Position numbers and translations under genes: made by a program
Notes under the pieces: generated by a model
Told to the model about the DNA's origin: nothing
What the model saw: the letters and a program-made list of their open reading frames with translations, nothing else
Database searches by the model: none
Origin: Nitrospirales bacterium
GTDB taxonomy: Bacteria; Nitrospirota; Nitrospiria; Nitrospirales; UBA8639
DNA length: 64,000 nt
Direction of reading: 5' to 3'
Assembly: GCA_965203295.1 (NCBI GenBank)
Contig: CBDBCZ010000017.1
Span: 352,001-416,000, forward strand
In this document: positions 1 through 10,899 of the stretch, in pieces
How the letters are laid out: every line of letters starts with the position of its first letter
How positions within the stretch are numbered: position 1 is the first letter of the stretch

Positions 1-732
1 TACTTCCACTTCCTCTGTTGCCCCTCTCAGTATATAAGTATCAGGGAACAGATTGATGGCAAGTCAGGTAGCTAATTTTCTTGATTATGTACATGTATAT
101 AGTGACTAAAATGCCATCTCGAAGTTATATAAACATCCCAAACAATAGTACATGTATATATAGTTAGTGTTCCTGATACACTTTACATGAAGTGTACATG
201 TACATCAATCAGCGAATCATGCATGCATACTCCATGAATCCCAGACCTAAAAAATTCTGCTTTTGACTCAGTGAATACTAGTTAGTAGTTCCACCTAGCT
301 GCAAGCTTCTCCTGACCACGGTATCATGTAGCTATATATACGTAGTATCAACTTTGCCAGCCCACCTGACTGTACGTGGTTTATTATACTATTCCAGTAA
401 ACTTCTGCTACAATTATGTTGTCATTTACTGCTCCATATGTCCGTATAAATCCTTTATTGAGAAGTTGGTACAGTAGAAATAGGAGATCTGCAGTGACTA
501 ATTTACTTAATAATGTAAAAAGAACACAAGTGAAGGTATTTTTATGCTCCGGAAGGGCTACAAAGCAAACTCTAGGAGCAAAATTCAGACATCAGTACAA
601 AAGTATGAAAGACTAGCATTAGATAAAAAAATGTGATTAAAAAAAAAAGAATGAGATTTTGAAGGTGATTTTGATATCCAGGGAAGTGTGCTTCCCTCGA
701 CTAGTGGTGGTCATGGCTGTCAATTGCATGGC

Positions 733-830
733 TGTGATCGTGGATATTTTACTCAGAAGTAGCTGAATGCCCATACTGCAATAGAGCTGATCCCGACGGC
801 AAGGGAGGCATAGTTATCTACTTGCCCAAA
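733..830 (-). pseudogene. 3' fragment of a Bak-like paralog (C-terminal TM anchor only)
   Basis: Minus strand reads YASLAVGISSIAVWAFSYF*, matching the tail of the Bak-like gene at 5986-6060 (HAFLFIGITSIAIWAFSYFRSK). The upstream part is replaced by Gypsy sequence. Confidence 0.7.
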
Positions 831-834
831 CCAC

Positions 835-1325
835 TGGAACTCTTCTTTCTTCCTTATTACCAACTTCATGAGAGGGATTGCTACGACACGGTATAGACAG
901 CACAAATTAATGTTTTTGCTCCCTCTTGTAGCTGAATGGCGTACTCACACTGTAGTTTTCCGAGGCCATGGAAGAGTGCTGGGAACTGGATGGCAGGCCT
1001 TTGAGTTTCTATCTGCATAATATGTGGATTGCTGCAAGATGAACTACCAGACCGAGCTCTTCTATAGCTGGTCGTCCAAGCAATTAGGGCCTATTCAGTC
1101 CTTCTGCAATGTAGATGACTTCTTTGGCTTCTTGGGCGATGCTCTTAAGTGTTCTCCTAAGCTTCCCTAAAGCTTGAGGGCGTGGCTGTTTGTGTCCTTC
1201 AGGGTCCGATCTTATGGTGACAGGGGAGGCTGCCAATGTGCTTCCAGACCTGCCCTGAGATCACACTCACCTCTGCTCCTGTGTCGATGCATGCGGAGAC
1301 CTACTGGGCTGCCCTGGAGTTACAG
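835..1325 (-). mobile_element. Degenerate Ty3/Gypsy pol fragment (aspartic protease and protease-RT linker)
   Basis: Manual minus-strand translation gives CIDTGAEVSVIS (DTG protease motif, ~1258-1293), EVIYIAEGLNRP*LLGRPAIEELGLV, QFPALFHGLGKLQCEYAIQL and VAIPLMKLV, with stops and frameshifts. Confidence 0.75.
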
Positions 1326-1535
1326 GGTCACATCCCAAAGGTTGCTCTCTTGTGTGCTCCGTTTTTCTAAGGTTCCAGAGAAAGCACCACGATGTAATGA
1401 CCTCGACACATGATAATGTCACATCAAACATAATACCACAGCCACACTACCTGACTGAAAAAAAAATCAAAGGAGTGAAAGACGTAAGATTACAATTGAA
1501 CATGTTAAGGTCCCGGTCTCTGCTGTACTTTTTAC

Positions 1536-2635
1536 ATACTAATTTGTTCACTTAACGGACTATCCAACAGCACTCATACCCTAGATCTGCAGTGGATTGA
1601 GAAGTGAGTGTGCAGTTGTATGGATGGTTAACAATCACCATGTTAAAAGTGACGCTCTCTACAACAAAACGTATACTAATTTGTTCACTTAACGGACTAT
1701 CCAACAGCACTCATACCCTAGATCTGCAGTGGATTGAGAAGTGAGTGTGCAGTCGTATGGATGGTTAACAATCACCATGTTAAAAGTGACGCTCTCTACA
1801 ACAAAACGTATACTAATTTGTTCACTTAACGGACTATCCAACAGCACTCATACCCTAGATCTGCAGTGGATTGAGAAGTGAGTGCATGTGCAGTTGTATG
1901 GATGGTTAACAATCACCATGTTAAAAGTGACGCTCTCAACAACAAGGCGTATACTAATTTGTTCACTTAACGGACTATCCAACAGCACTCATACCCTAGA
2001 TCTGCAGTGGATTGAGAAGTGAGTGTGCAGTTGTATGGATGGTTAACTATCACCATGTTAAAAGTGACGCTCTCTACAACAAAAAGTATACTAATTTGTT
2101 CACTTAACGGACTATCCAACAGCACTCATACCCTAGATCTGCAGTGGATTGAGAAGTGAGTGTGCAGTCGTATGGATGGTTAACAATCACCATGTTAAAA
2201 GTGACGCTCTCTACAACAAAACGTATACTAATTTGTTCACTTAACGGACTATCCAACAGCACTCATACCCTAGATCTGCAGTGGATTGAGAAGTGAGTGC
2301 ATGTGCAGTTGTATGGATGGTTAACAATCACCATGTTAAAAGTGACGCTCTCAACAACAAGGCGTATACTAATTTGTTCACTTAACGGACTATCCAACAG
2401 CACTCATACCCTAGATCTGCAGTGGATTGAGAAGTGAGTGTGCAGTTGTATGGATGGTTAACTATCACCATGTTAAAAGTGACGCTCTCTACAACAAAAA
2501 GTATACTAATTTGTTCACTTAACGGACTATCCAACAGCACTCATACCCTAGATCTGCAGTGGATTGAGAAGTGAGCGTGAAGTTGTATGGACGGTTAACT
2601 ATCACCATGTTGAAAGTGACGCTCTCTACAACAAC
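1536..2635. repeat. ~137-141 bp tandem repeat, 8 copies, with higher-order structure
   Basis: Unit ATACTAATTTGTTCACTTAACGGACT...CTCTACAACAAAACGT starts at 1536, 1673, 1810, 1951, 2088, 2225, 2366 and 2503. A solo copy lies at ~5113-5243. Confidence 0.95.
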
Positions 2636-2778
2636 TTAGTAAAAATACAGCAGAAACCGGGACCAACATGTTTTAGTTGTAATTTTACATCACTCATTCC
2701 CGGGCTTTAAAAGAGACACACAACCGACAGCTGCGTAGTACCCACCGAGTAAACCGTTCAACCACTAGCTAGAGTATC

Positions 2779-3066
2779 ATGGCAGCCTTTCAAGATGCAC
2801 AGCAGCAGTCAACCAGTCAAGAACCCTCTCGAGCAGCCACGGTGGCCCAGAAGTTGGGGGAATTGGGTGATAAAATCGAAGCCCAATATTGTGAGGAGAT
2901 GAAAGAGATAGTCCCGTTATTCATCCAGACAATGTTTGAGCAGTGGCTGCAGAAGCAAGGAGGATGGGGACGGTTGGTAGCCAAGAGGACCAGTGGTAAA
3001 ACCGTATTTTTTTTTATCAAAGTCATCACTCAGGGCCAGTTGATAGTCACGACAACCGCTAATTGA
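2779..3066 (+). CDS. Short intronless Bak-derived ORF (BH3 + BH2, BH1 deleted); retrocopy or pseudogene
   Basis: MAAFQDAQQQS...VAQKLGELGDKIEAQYCEEMKEIV aligns to Bak-like TFQSAHQQS...VGRRLAELGDEIDAQYHDEMEEIV, then jumps to a BH2-like WLQKQGGWG. There is no intron at the LG|D position where the parent has one. Confidence 0.6.
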   Translation: MAAFQDAQQQSTSQEPSRAATVAQKLGELGDKIEAQYCEEMKEIVPLFIQTMFEQWLQKQGGWGRLVAKRTSGKTVFFFIKVITQGQLIVTTTAN

Positions 3067-3204
3067 GGGAAGCACATTTTCCTTGATTTCAGAATTACCT
3101 TTTGGTGCCATTTTGGGTAATCAGCTAGCAGTTTTTGAAAAAAAAATTGAGTATGTAAACAGTGTATGGTGTTTTGAATTAAACTCTGTACAGTTAACTG
3201 TCTG

Positions 3205-3520
3205 ACTTGGTCATCAATACTCTTTTCTGGTGTTCATTATATCTGCTGTTCATTATTGTAATTTTGCTGAATAAAAATTTGTTAAGCTTGTGACATTAAC
3301 CCCACATCTCTGTAAGACGTGTTTGATGGTTCTATTAGCCTCGTACACTGCCTTTTCTTCCTACTTGGTCATCAATACTCTTTTCTGGTGTTCATTATAT
3401 CTGGTGTTCATTATTGTAATTTTGCACTGATGTCTGAATAAACATTTGTTAAGCTTAACCCTACATCTCTGTAAGAAGTGTTTGATGGTTCTAGTAGCCT
3501 CGTACACTGCCTTTTCTTCC
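3205..3520. repeat. Direct duplication of ~160 bp (2 copies)
   Basis: ACTTGGTCATCAATACTCTTTTCTGG...GCCTTTTCTTCCT occurs at ~3205 and ~3363. Confidence 0.85.
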
Positions 3521-4593
3521 TGCAAGCTAGTGTGGGGAAGGCCAGGGTACGATGCAAGGGTTCTACTCTACCAACTTCAACGATGGCTAATGACATGCTG
3601 GAGCAGTAGCTATTATACAGATATCAACACTGTAGCTGGAGCAGTAGCTATTATACAAATATCAACATTGTAGCAGACGTTTATAGGAAGCGTTCAATGT
3701 ACCACAGTCAGGAGGTATATATGTTAAATGCTACTACCCGATACAATGCAGGGTCACAGCCCAAGGGCTGCTTTCTTGTGCACTCTGTTCTCCAAGGGTT
3801 CCCAGAAAAGCGCCATGATGTAATGACCTCAATATAAGATGATGTTACATCATACGTGCATAATACCACAGCCACACCACCTAAACTGTGGTTTATTGTA
3901 CTCTTCTGGTAAACATCTGATACAATTATATTGTCACTTACTGCTCCAGCATGTCAGTATTGATCCTTATTGTGTTGAAGTTGGTATATAGTAGAACGCT
4001 TAAAGTATTCTTAATGAGATCTGCAGTCACTAATTTAGCTCATTGTGTAGCTACAGAGAACACCCCTCGACATAAACAAGTGAGGTACTCTGATGCTTCG
4101 ATGGGTTAAACTCTAGGAGCAAAATTCCAATAGTAGCTATTTCAGACATTAGTATAAAAGCATGATAGAGATAAAAGAGTATGATAAAAGAACGAGATTG
4201 TGAAGGTGATTTCGACACCCAGGAAAGTGTGCTTCCCTCGACTAGTGGTGGTCATGGATGTCAATTGGCTGTGATCGTGGATATATTACTCAGAAGTAGC
4301 TGAAAGCTCATACTGCAATAGAGCTGATCCCAATCGCGAGGGAGGCATAGCTACTTGGCCCATGGCTCATGAAACACTAGCTTTAACCATGTAAAAGTTA
4401 GTTAACAGATTGGGGGCGTGGCCAGGCTGAGACAGGCACAGTGATTGGATGCTTGCCTGTGCATGTGTGAGGTCGCCTAGGTGCACTCAAAGTCACAAAA
4501 AAATAAGCAGAGGAGCAGTTTGAGCACGTGCCAGAGCTTTGAGAGCCATAGCATAAAAAGGTAGCTAGCTAATGTGATCTGTGGAAAGTTTGG

Positions 4594-4838
4594 CAGCTAG
4601 TAGGCCAGGACAGCTAGTAGGCCAGGACAGCTAGTAGGCCAGGACAGCTAGTAGGTCAGGACAGCTAGTAGGCCAGGACAGATAGTAGGCCAGGACAGCT
4701 AGTAGGCCAGGACAGCTAGTAGGCCAGGACAGCTAGTAGGTCAGGACAGCTAGTAGGCCAGGACAGATAGTAGGCCAGGACAGCTAGTAGGCCAGGACAG
4801 CTAGTAGGCCAGGACAGCTAGTAGGCCAGGACAGCTAG
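4594..4838. repeat. 17-bp minisatellite CAGCTAGTAGGCCAGGA, ~14 copies
   Basis: Visible tandem array with recurring GGTCA and GATAG variants. Confidence 0.95.
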
Positions 4839-4879
4839 GTTATACTACTGGGGGTTGTACACCTAGAATGGTTAGATTT

Positions 4880-4965
4880 CCCCATCTTCTGGGCCACCGT
4901 GGCTGCTCAAGAGGGTTCTTGACTGGTTGACTGTTGCCGTGCATCTTGAAAGTCTGCATGCCGTG
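4880..4965 (-). pseudogene. Truncated inverted copy of the 5' end of the 2779 Bak-derived ORF
   Basis: Reverse complement reads GAGTACCACGGCATGCAGACTTTCAAGATGCACGGCAACAG...GTGGCCCAGAAG. The original ATG is mutated to ACG and the copy ends before the BH3 core. Confidence 0.75.
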
Positions 4966-5985
4966 GTACTCTAGCTAGTGGTTGAACGGTTTACTCGGTG
5001 GGTACTACGCAACTGTCGTTTGTGTGCCTCTTTTTAATCAAAGGAACGAAAGACGGAAGATTACAATTGAACATGTTAAGGTCCCGGTCTCTGCTGTACT
5101 TTTTACAAAACGTATACTAATTTGTTCACTTAACAGACTATCCAACAGCACTCATACCCTAGATCTGCAGTGGATTGAGAAGTGAGTGTGACGCTGTATG
5201 GATGGTTAACTATCACCATGTTAAAAGTGACGCTCTCTACAATAACTTATGCAGAAGGATTGCTGGATCAGGAGTGGATGCCAGAATGGCATGGCCCAAT
5301 ACATTTCCTACAGTAGTGCGTTACATAGTATTATTATCATAAATTCATAGTATAATCGGTGTGCCATACATGAAAAAAGGTACGACGCGCACCCACCAAG
5401 TTGGTTGGTTGTTTCAGCAGGTCAGCAAAAAAGGTCCCAAAAACTAGGGGATTTCTTTGCAGTACAAGAGTTTAGATTTTGGCAGTACCAGCAGTAGAGG
5501 ATACCTCATATCCATTATATATCACAGCCTGTGTACAGTTCGCATGTACTTGCATGCAATAGTGACACTGATCTCACGTCATTACTTACTCAGTGGCAGC
5601 TCGCCGCTGCATTCAGTCATGGTCGCTCAATCAGTAAGTGCAAAGTAAGGGTTGAGTCGAACTAGTTAACCATTTTATGATGTCATTGCACAATAATTAT
5701 GATGTAATTAATTGTAATTATGACACTGTGACACAGTTGGTGGGTTGTTTTGGGGGGTCTGAAAAAAAAGGGGCTGTGCATCTTGGACTTTTTTTGCTGG
5801 GGCCTCCTGGTATAATGAAGACTTTATATAGACACTGGTGCAAAGTATAATAAAGATCAGATCAGAAAAACAGTGGTGAGCAATAGCCATACTGTCACTG
5901 TACAGAGCAAATTAAATACGAAAACATCTCCACAACAACACATTCACTACGAACACCGGACAACACCACATAATGCACACAAGAC

Positions 5986-8814
5986 TCATTTTGATCGGAA
6001 GTAGCTGAACGCCCATATCGCAATAGAGGTGATCCCGATAAAGAGAAAGGCATGCTTGCCCCACCCACTGGTGCTCATGGCTACCAACTGTCCCCACCCT
6101 CCTTGACTCTTCAGCCACTCGTAGAACTTTGCCTTGATGAGGAACTGAAACAGCCAGCTGCCAACCATGGCCAGGAAAGAGAGGAGCCCATAAGAGGAGG
6201 TGAAGTGGCTACTGATGTAGGTCTTGCACAGGTGGTAGCAGTAGGCAAGAAGGGCTGCCAACCGACCAATGTTTATTTTGGCAGCTCCATTTTCGTCCCA
6301 CTCAAACAGGTTTCGTACGATGTCATGGAACATGGCAAATGCTGTTTCCGGAGACTCTGTCAGCTTCACTATCTCTTCCATCTCATCGTGGTACTGGGCG
6401 TCGATTTCATCACCTGCAAGGAGGGAGGTTAATCTTATCCCAGAGGCTCGTTCTCTGACTCAGCTCCCCAGCTTTATATCTATCGCACTGTGTATAAAAG
6501 CAGGGAGGGAGCTGCACTCTTAAACTAGAAGTCTCTAGCAGAGACATACCCCGCGGTGCATAATTCACAACTTGGAGCTGGCAGGACTGTAGACTGGGCT
6601 GATCGAGTAGTTGGCAAAGTGTACATGTATATCACTGGCTGTGTATCCGCACGCAGAGTGTACAGCGCTCGCGTACGCGTATATATCTATCCTATGGGAA
6701 GTGGTGGGCGTGACTGATTGCCAATATGAACACGTGACCAGAGTCCGTATATGCCCGGCCTCTATCGTATTCTAGTTGTGACCGTATTAAAATGGCAGAA
6801 TGCACCGTTGTTAAATAAGAAAGAGCTGTAGATACAGCGAATGGAACCGCTTTGGCGACTATCAGGTACACACCCGGACATTTTTTTTTTGATTTCAATG
6901 TTACTGTCGTGTTTAGCAATCGCTTAACCCTGTAAATCGCGAGATAGCCTGATTTTTGAGTGGACAGACAACAGATGGACAGACGGACCGACGGACAGAC
7001 AGACAGAACCAATCGCTTAACCCCGCCGCATACGCGCGGGGTAAAAAAACGGAAGGAAAGTGCCAGAAGAGGGTCTGGTGCAGTTGATACAGAAGGCCTC
7101 CATGGGATGTAGCTTGTATGGCTTACTGTGGGTGCGATAATTGAGGCGGGAAGTTCCAAAGTTAAGTGAGTGTTTAAAAACTAGTGTAAACAGTCCTTCC
7201 GTTTTTTGTTGTTTTTTTTGCGAGTGCAGGGAGGGTCTGGGGCCAAGACTAGGAGACAGCTTGCTACAATTCATCACATGACGTACATCAACAGTGTGAC
7301 GTAGGGTGTTTGGTTTGGTGTGTGGTCCGGGAACAAGGCTAGGAGTCCGTAATCTTGTGTTCTTCCATTTAATAAGTATACACCCCTGTGGATGAGCAAT
7401 AATTATGTACGGGGGAGGGAGGGGGGGGGGGGGCAGGATTACTATAGTAAAGACCACTACTATTCATGTCGGGGGGGGGGGGGGAGGGGGCAGGACTACT
7501 ATAGTAAAGACCACTACTATTCATGTCGGGGGGGGGGGGGGCAGGACTACTATAGTAAAGACCACTACTATTCATGTCGGGGGGGGGGGGGGGGGGGGGG
7601 GGGGCAGGACTACTATAGTAAAGACCACTACTATTCATGTCGGGGGGGGGGGGGGGGGCAGGACTACTATAGTAAAGACCACTACTATTCATGTCGGGGG
7701 GGGGGCAAGACTACTATAGTAAAGACCACTACTATTCATGTCGGGGGGGCAGGACTACTATAGTAAAGACCACTACTATTCATGTCGGGGGGGGGGGGGC
7801 AGGACTACTATATAAAGACCACTACTATTCATGTCGGGGGGGGGGGGGGGGGGAGCTAAGTCACAAGTGATCGACTGTCTAGGGGTGGATAGACTACTAT
7901 TTGTGTCAGGGGGAGCTACGTAAGTCACAAGTGATTGACTGGCTGGGGGGGGAGCTAAGTCACAAGTGATCGACTATCTAGGGGTAAATAGACTACTATA
8001 ATTATGTGTCAGGGGGGAGCTAAGTCACAAGTGATTGACTATCTAGGGGTGGATAGACTACTATATGTGTCAGGAGGGAGCTAACTCACAAGTGATTGAC
8101 TGTCTGGGGGGGTGGATCTACTAATTATAGGGGGGGAGCTAGTCACAAGTGATTGACTGTCTGGGGAATTCCCGAGACAGTGCTTAGCATCCACTTAGTC
8201 TTAGGGTTTGGGTTAGATTAGGGTTACGGTTAGGGTTTAGTTAAGGGCTAGGAGGCTAACCGTTGGGTTTAGAGCTGGCTACAGTGCTTCATTTTCAAGC
8301 TATTCACTAGATCACAAGTGTGCATGCGAGTGCATACCCCATACAAATGCACATGCTAACATACTGTCTCTAACGGCGATCTGGGGGAGGAGGGGGGCGG
8401 GGGTGGACACACTACTATCAGGGGGGAGCTAAGTCACATTTATTTAACTGTTGGGGGAGGGGGGGGGGAGAGGCTGTCTGCTAAATACATCTGGGGTACT
8501 GCTTTTGCCAAATTGTTTATCCACAGGGTATTAAATAGAAAAGCCCAAAATTATGTGGACTTACCCAATTCCGCCAGTCTCCGGCCCACCATGGCCGCCG
8601 AAGTGGCTTCCTCTCTACCGGACTGTTGATGCGCGCTTTGGAAGGTCCTCGCTTGGTCTCCGGAGAGGGCGGCGTCCGTATTCGCTCGCTGGAACACGTA
8701 CTCCAGAAGGGCACTTTGCGTTTCAGCCTCGTTCTCGTCCGAAGCTTGCGCGTCCAGGCTCAGTTCTGGGAATTTACTTTTCATGGAGACCATCCTTTGT
8801 TCGCCACCGGCCAT
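5986..8814 (-). CDS. BAK1: Bak-like multidomain Bcl-2 family protein, ~225 aa, 2 exons (8814-8565, 6413-5986)
   Basis: Donor G|GTAAGT at 8564 and acceptor TGCAG|G at 6414, phase 1. BH3 VGRRLAELGDEIDAQY resembles BAK VGRQLAIIGDDINRRY; BH1-like NIGRLAALLAYCY; BH2 WLKSQGGWG; C-terminal TM anchor with basic end. Orthology to BAK is inferred from motifs. Confidence 0.85.
6700..7049 (-). mobile_element. Helentron-associated (HINE/DINE-1-like) non-autonomous element; related copy at ~25194-25520 (+)
   Basis: Starts TTTTTTACCCCGCGCGTATGCGGCGGGGTTAA (hairpin) followed by a GTCT/GTCC microsatellite. The body is similar to 25194-25520. Confidence 0.5.
7420..8165. repeat. G-run-rich minisatellites in the Bak-like intron
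   Basis: ~7 copies of CAGGACTACTATAGTAAAGACCACTACTATTCATGTC separated by variable poly-G, then ~5 copies of GGGAGCTAAGTCACAAGTGAT(C/T)GACT. Confidence 0.9.
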
Positions 8815-9330
8815 GATAAACTAGACGTGGAAGCCCGAAGGTTTTCGTCTTGAATGGTACTACATATAAAATATACACGCACTGGTATGACGTAAAATTA
8901 CGACTTGGGCGCTGGGCGTGGCTAGGCTAGCTAGCGCGTCATTAATAGTATTATTACTGTTTTTGAAAAATCATGATAGCACATTACGTCATTTGTTATT
9001 AATAGCTAATTCTAGTTAGTTCTCTATCACTATGCAACTATAGACTCTGAATGAAAGCGACGTGGGGGATAACGAAAGGGAACCAGTACAGTATAAGAGG
9101 CGGTGGTAAGAGCGCTTATAAGAATGAGTGAGTTGATACCAGAAACTGACAGAAAAAAAGAAGAGAGCGAAATATATACCGTTCTGACTTGATTTAGTAC
9201 TCTGACCTTTCATAATTGCCCAGCGATACGTAGCTACATGTTTGAAATTTGAATTTGATATAGACTATAGTCTTACCCCAAGCACAAACGTACTATACTC
9301 AAAGCCACTCTGAAAGGATAGTCTCAGAGA
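8815..9330. promoter_or_regulatory. Putative bidirectional promoter between the Bak-like and Bcl-2-like genes
   Basis: 516 bp between divergent ATGs. CRE/ATF-like TGACGTAA at ~8888 and inverted at ~8984, flanking a GC box GGGCGTGGC at ~8914. Confidence 0.5.
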
Positions 9331-9975
9331 ATGTCTGCCTTAGCGAGCAATCGTCGCAGATCTCCGTTTGAACAAGCCACACCGAGGGAAGATACGACAC
9401 TGCACGTAGCTGACTCCAATGACCAGCACATTAGGAACTTTGCTAGAATTTACATCCTGAGTCAGTTGAGAAGACACAACTTCAATGATTTGGCTGATGA
9501 GCTATCGGAGTTTGAACAACCGGAAGACGAATCACATCATCATGCCCTTCAGATGATAGCCGATCAGCTCGCAGACGAACGACAGGACCAATTTCGAGAA
9601 ATTCTCTACCGCCTGCAGCTCAACGAAGAGAATTTGCAAGAAACGTACGACACCATTGTCAGAGAAATTTTCTCTGATGGGGTACACTGGGGGAGGATTC
9701 TCGCGTTCGTAGTGTTCTCCGGTTCGGCTGCTGTCTTCTGCGCCGAGCACGGCATGAGATCGAGAGTGAGGGACATCGTGAACTGGACCGAAGCTGCCTT
9801 CCACAGGCAGCTCTGGCAGTGGATTCTCGAGAGGGGAGGTTGGAGGGCCTTTGTGAACCATTTTGGCGATGGATCCTGGAAAATGGATGCAACGGGGCTG
9901 TTGACTGGAGTTGGGATAGTGGTAGCGGCCCTCGCAGGTGGCATGTTTCTGCTGAAAAAGCTGTTCTTTGACTAG
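9331..9975 (+). CDS. Intronless pro-survival-type Bcl-2/Bcl-xL-like protein, 214 aa
   Basis: BH4-like FARIYILSQL, BH3-like HHALQMIADQL, BH1 IFSDGVHWGRILAFVVFSG, BH2 WILERGGWRAFV, C-terminal TM GLLTGVGIVVAALAGGMFLLKK. Confidence 0.9.
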   Translation: MSALASNRRRSPFEQATPREDTTLHVADSNDQHIRNFARIYILSQLRRHNFNDLADELSEFEQPEDESHHHALQMIADQLADERQDQFREILYRLQLNEENLQETYDTIVREIFSDGVHWGRILAFVVFSGSAAVFCAEHGMRSRVRDIVNWTEAAFHRQLWQWILERGGWRAFVNHFGDGSWKMDATGLLTGVGIVVAALAGGMFLLKKLFFD

Positions 9976-10899
9976 TATAATATAGTCCCAAACTCTTTTA
10001 GTTTGTGCTGTGTTGGTTTGATAGCATAGTGATACTAAAGATGTCACTACCCAAAAAACAGTTCAACAGTATTCATCCCTCTTTACTGATACATGTACAT
10101 GTAGTGGTTATATTCATTTGCCATGAATTCCCCGGTATTGTGATTTCTGCTGCTCTGTCATTTTCAGAATGCAATTCATTTATCCCTGTATATCCTTTTT
10201 GTTCTGTTTGGACATTGAATTTGGAATTAATGTCGGAAGCAAATGATATCCATCACCAGTGCTACTAAAAATAGTAGAACTGTACATTCCCAAGAAGATA
10301 TGCTTGCAGTTTCAGTGTCAATGCAATAAGGCCTTAATCTGCATGAAGAGATTAAAACCTATAAGGCCATGGATTATGCATTCATACATATAGTAGAAAC
10401 TTCTGGAATTAGTACATTTGTAGCTAGTTATCTAAAATAAACTAAAAACAGAAAGCATTTTAGTGGGAACCCAAAAAAAATATTTTAGAAACTTCAAGGG
10501 TGGGATTACCAAAATCAACCCACTTACATGTAGTTATTATGTATTACCAAAGGTGTTTTAATAATATTAAATATACTCATTTTTAGAATGAGTTACATGT
10601 ATCTATATCTGTTTTTTTGCTCCTACTAAAACACTTTTAGATATTAGTTTCAGATACTACATACAGAACTGATGGGGGGCTGGAGATGTGATATATAGTA
10701 TCATAGTTACCCTGAATCTGGTGGGTTTCAGCATTTACGTATCATAGTGACTGGCTTTCAGTTTGGGTTGTGGGGTGCAGGGGCATAGAAAATGGCTAGC
10801 CGCCTTGCGTGTATTGACATTCGAAACTGGTGGATTTTGGCAGCTAAGTAGCGTAACAGAGAAGGCATAGATCGAGAGATTTTGTCACTAGGCAGCTAG

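Larger units (their letters stand above)
3755..5250. repeat. Rearranged segmental duplicate of the 360-2860 region
   Basis: ~3755-3880 matches ~1320-1450; ~3880-4350 matches ~365-810 (including a second Bak-tail fragment ~4270-4350); ~4880-5040 is an inverted copy of ~2706-2860; ~5050-5245 matches ~1480-1670. Confidence 0.8.

Noticed and set aside
7369..7763. Extensin-like or Gly-rich repeat proteins
   Set aside because: Frames depend on variable poly-G lengths within the Bak-like intron; no supporting gene structure.
9532..10047. Antisense ORFs over the Bcl-2-like gene
   Set aside because: Shadow frames of a real CDS with no motifs.
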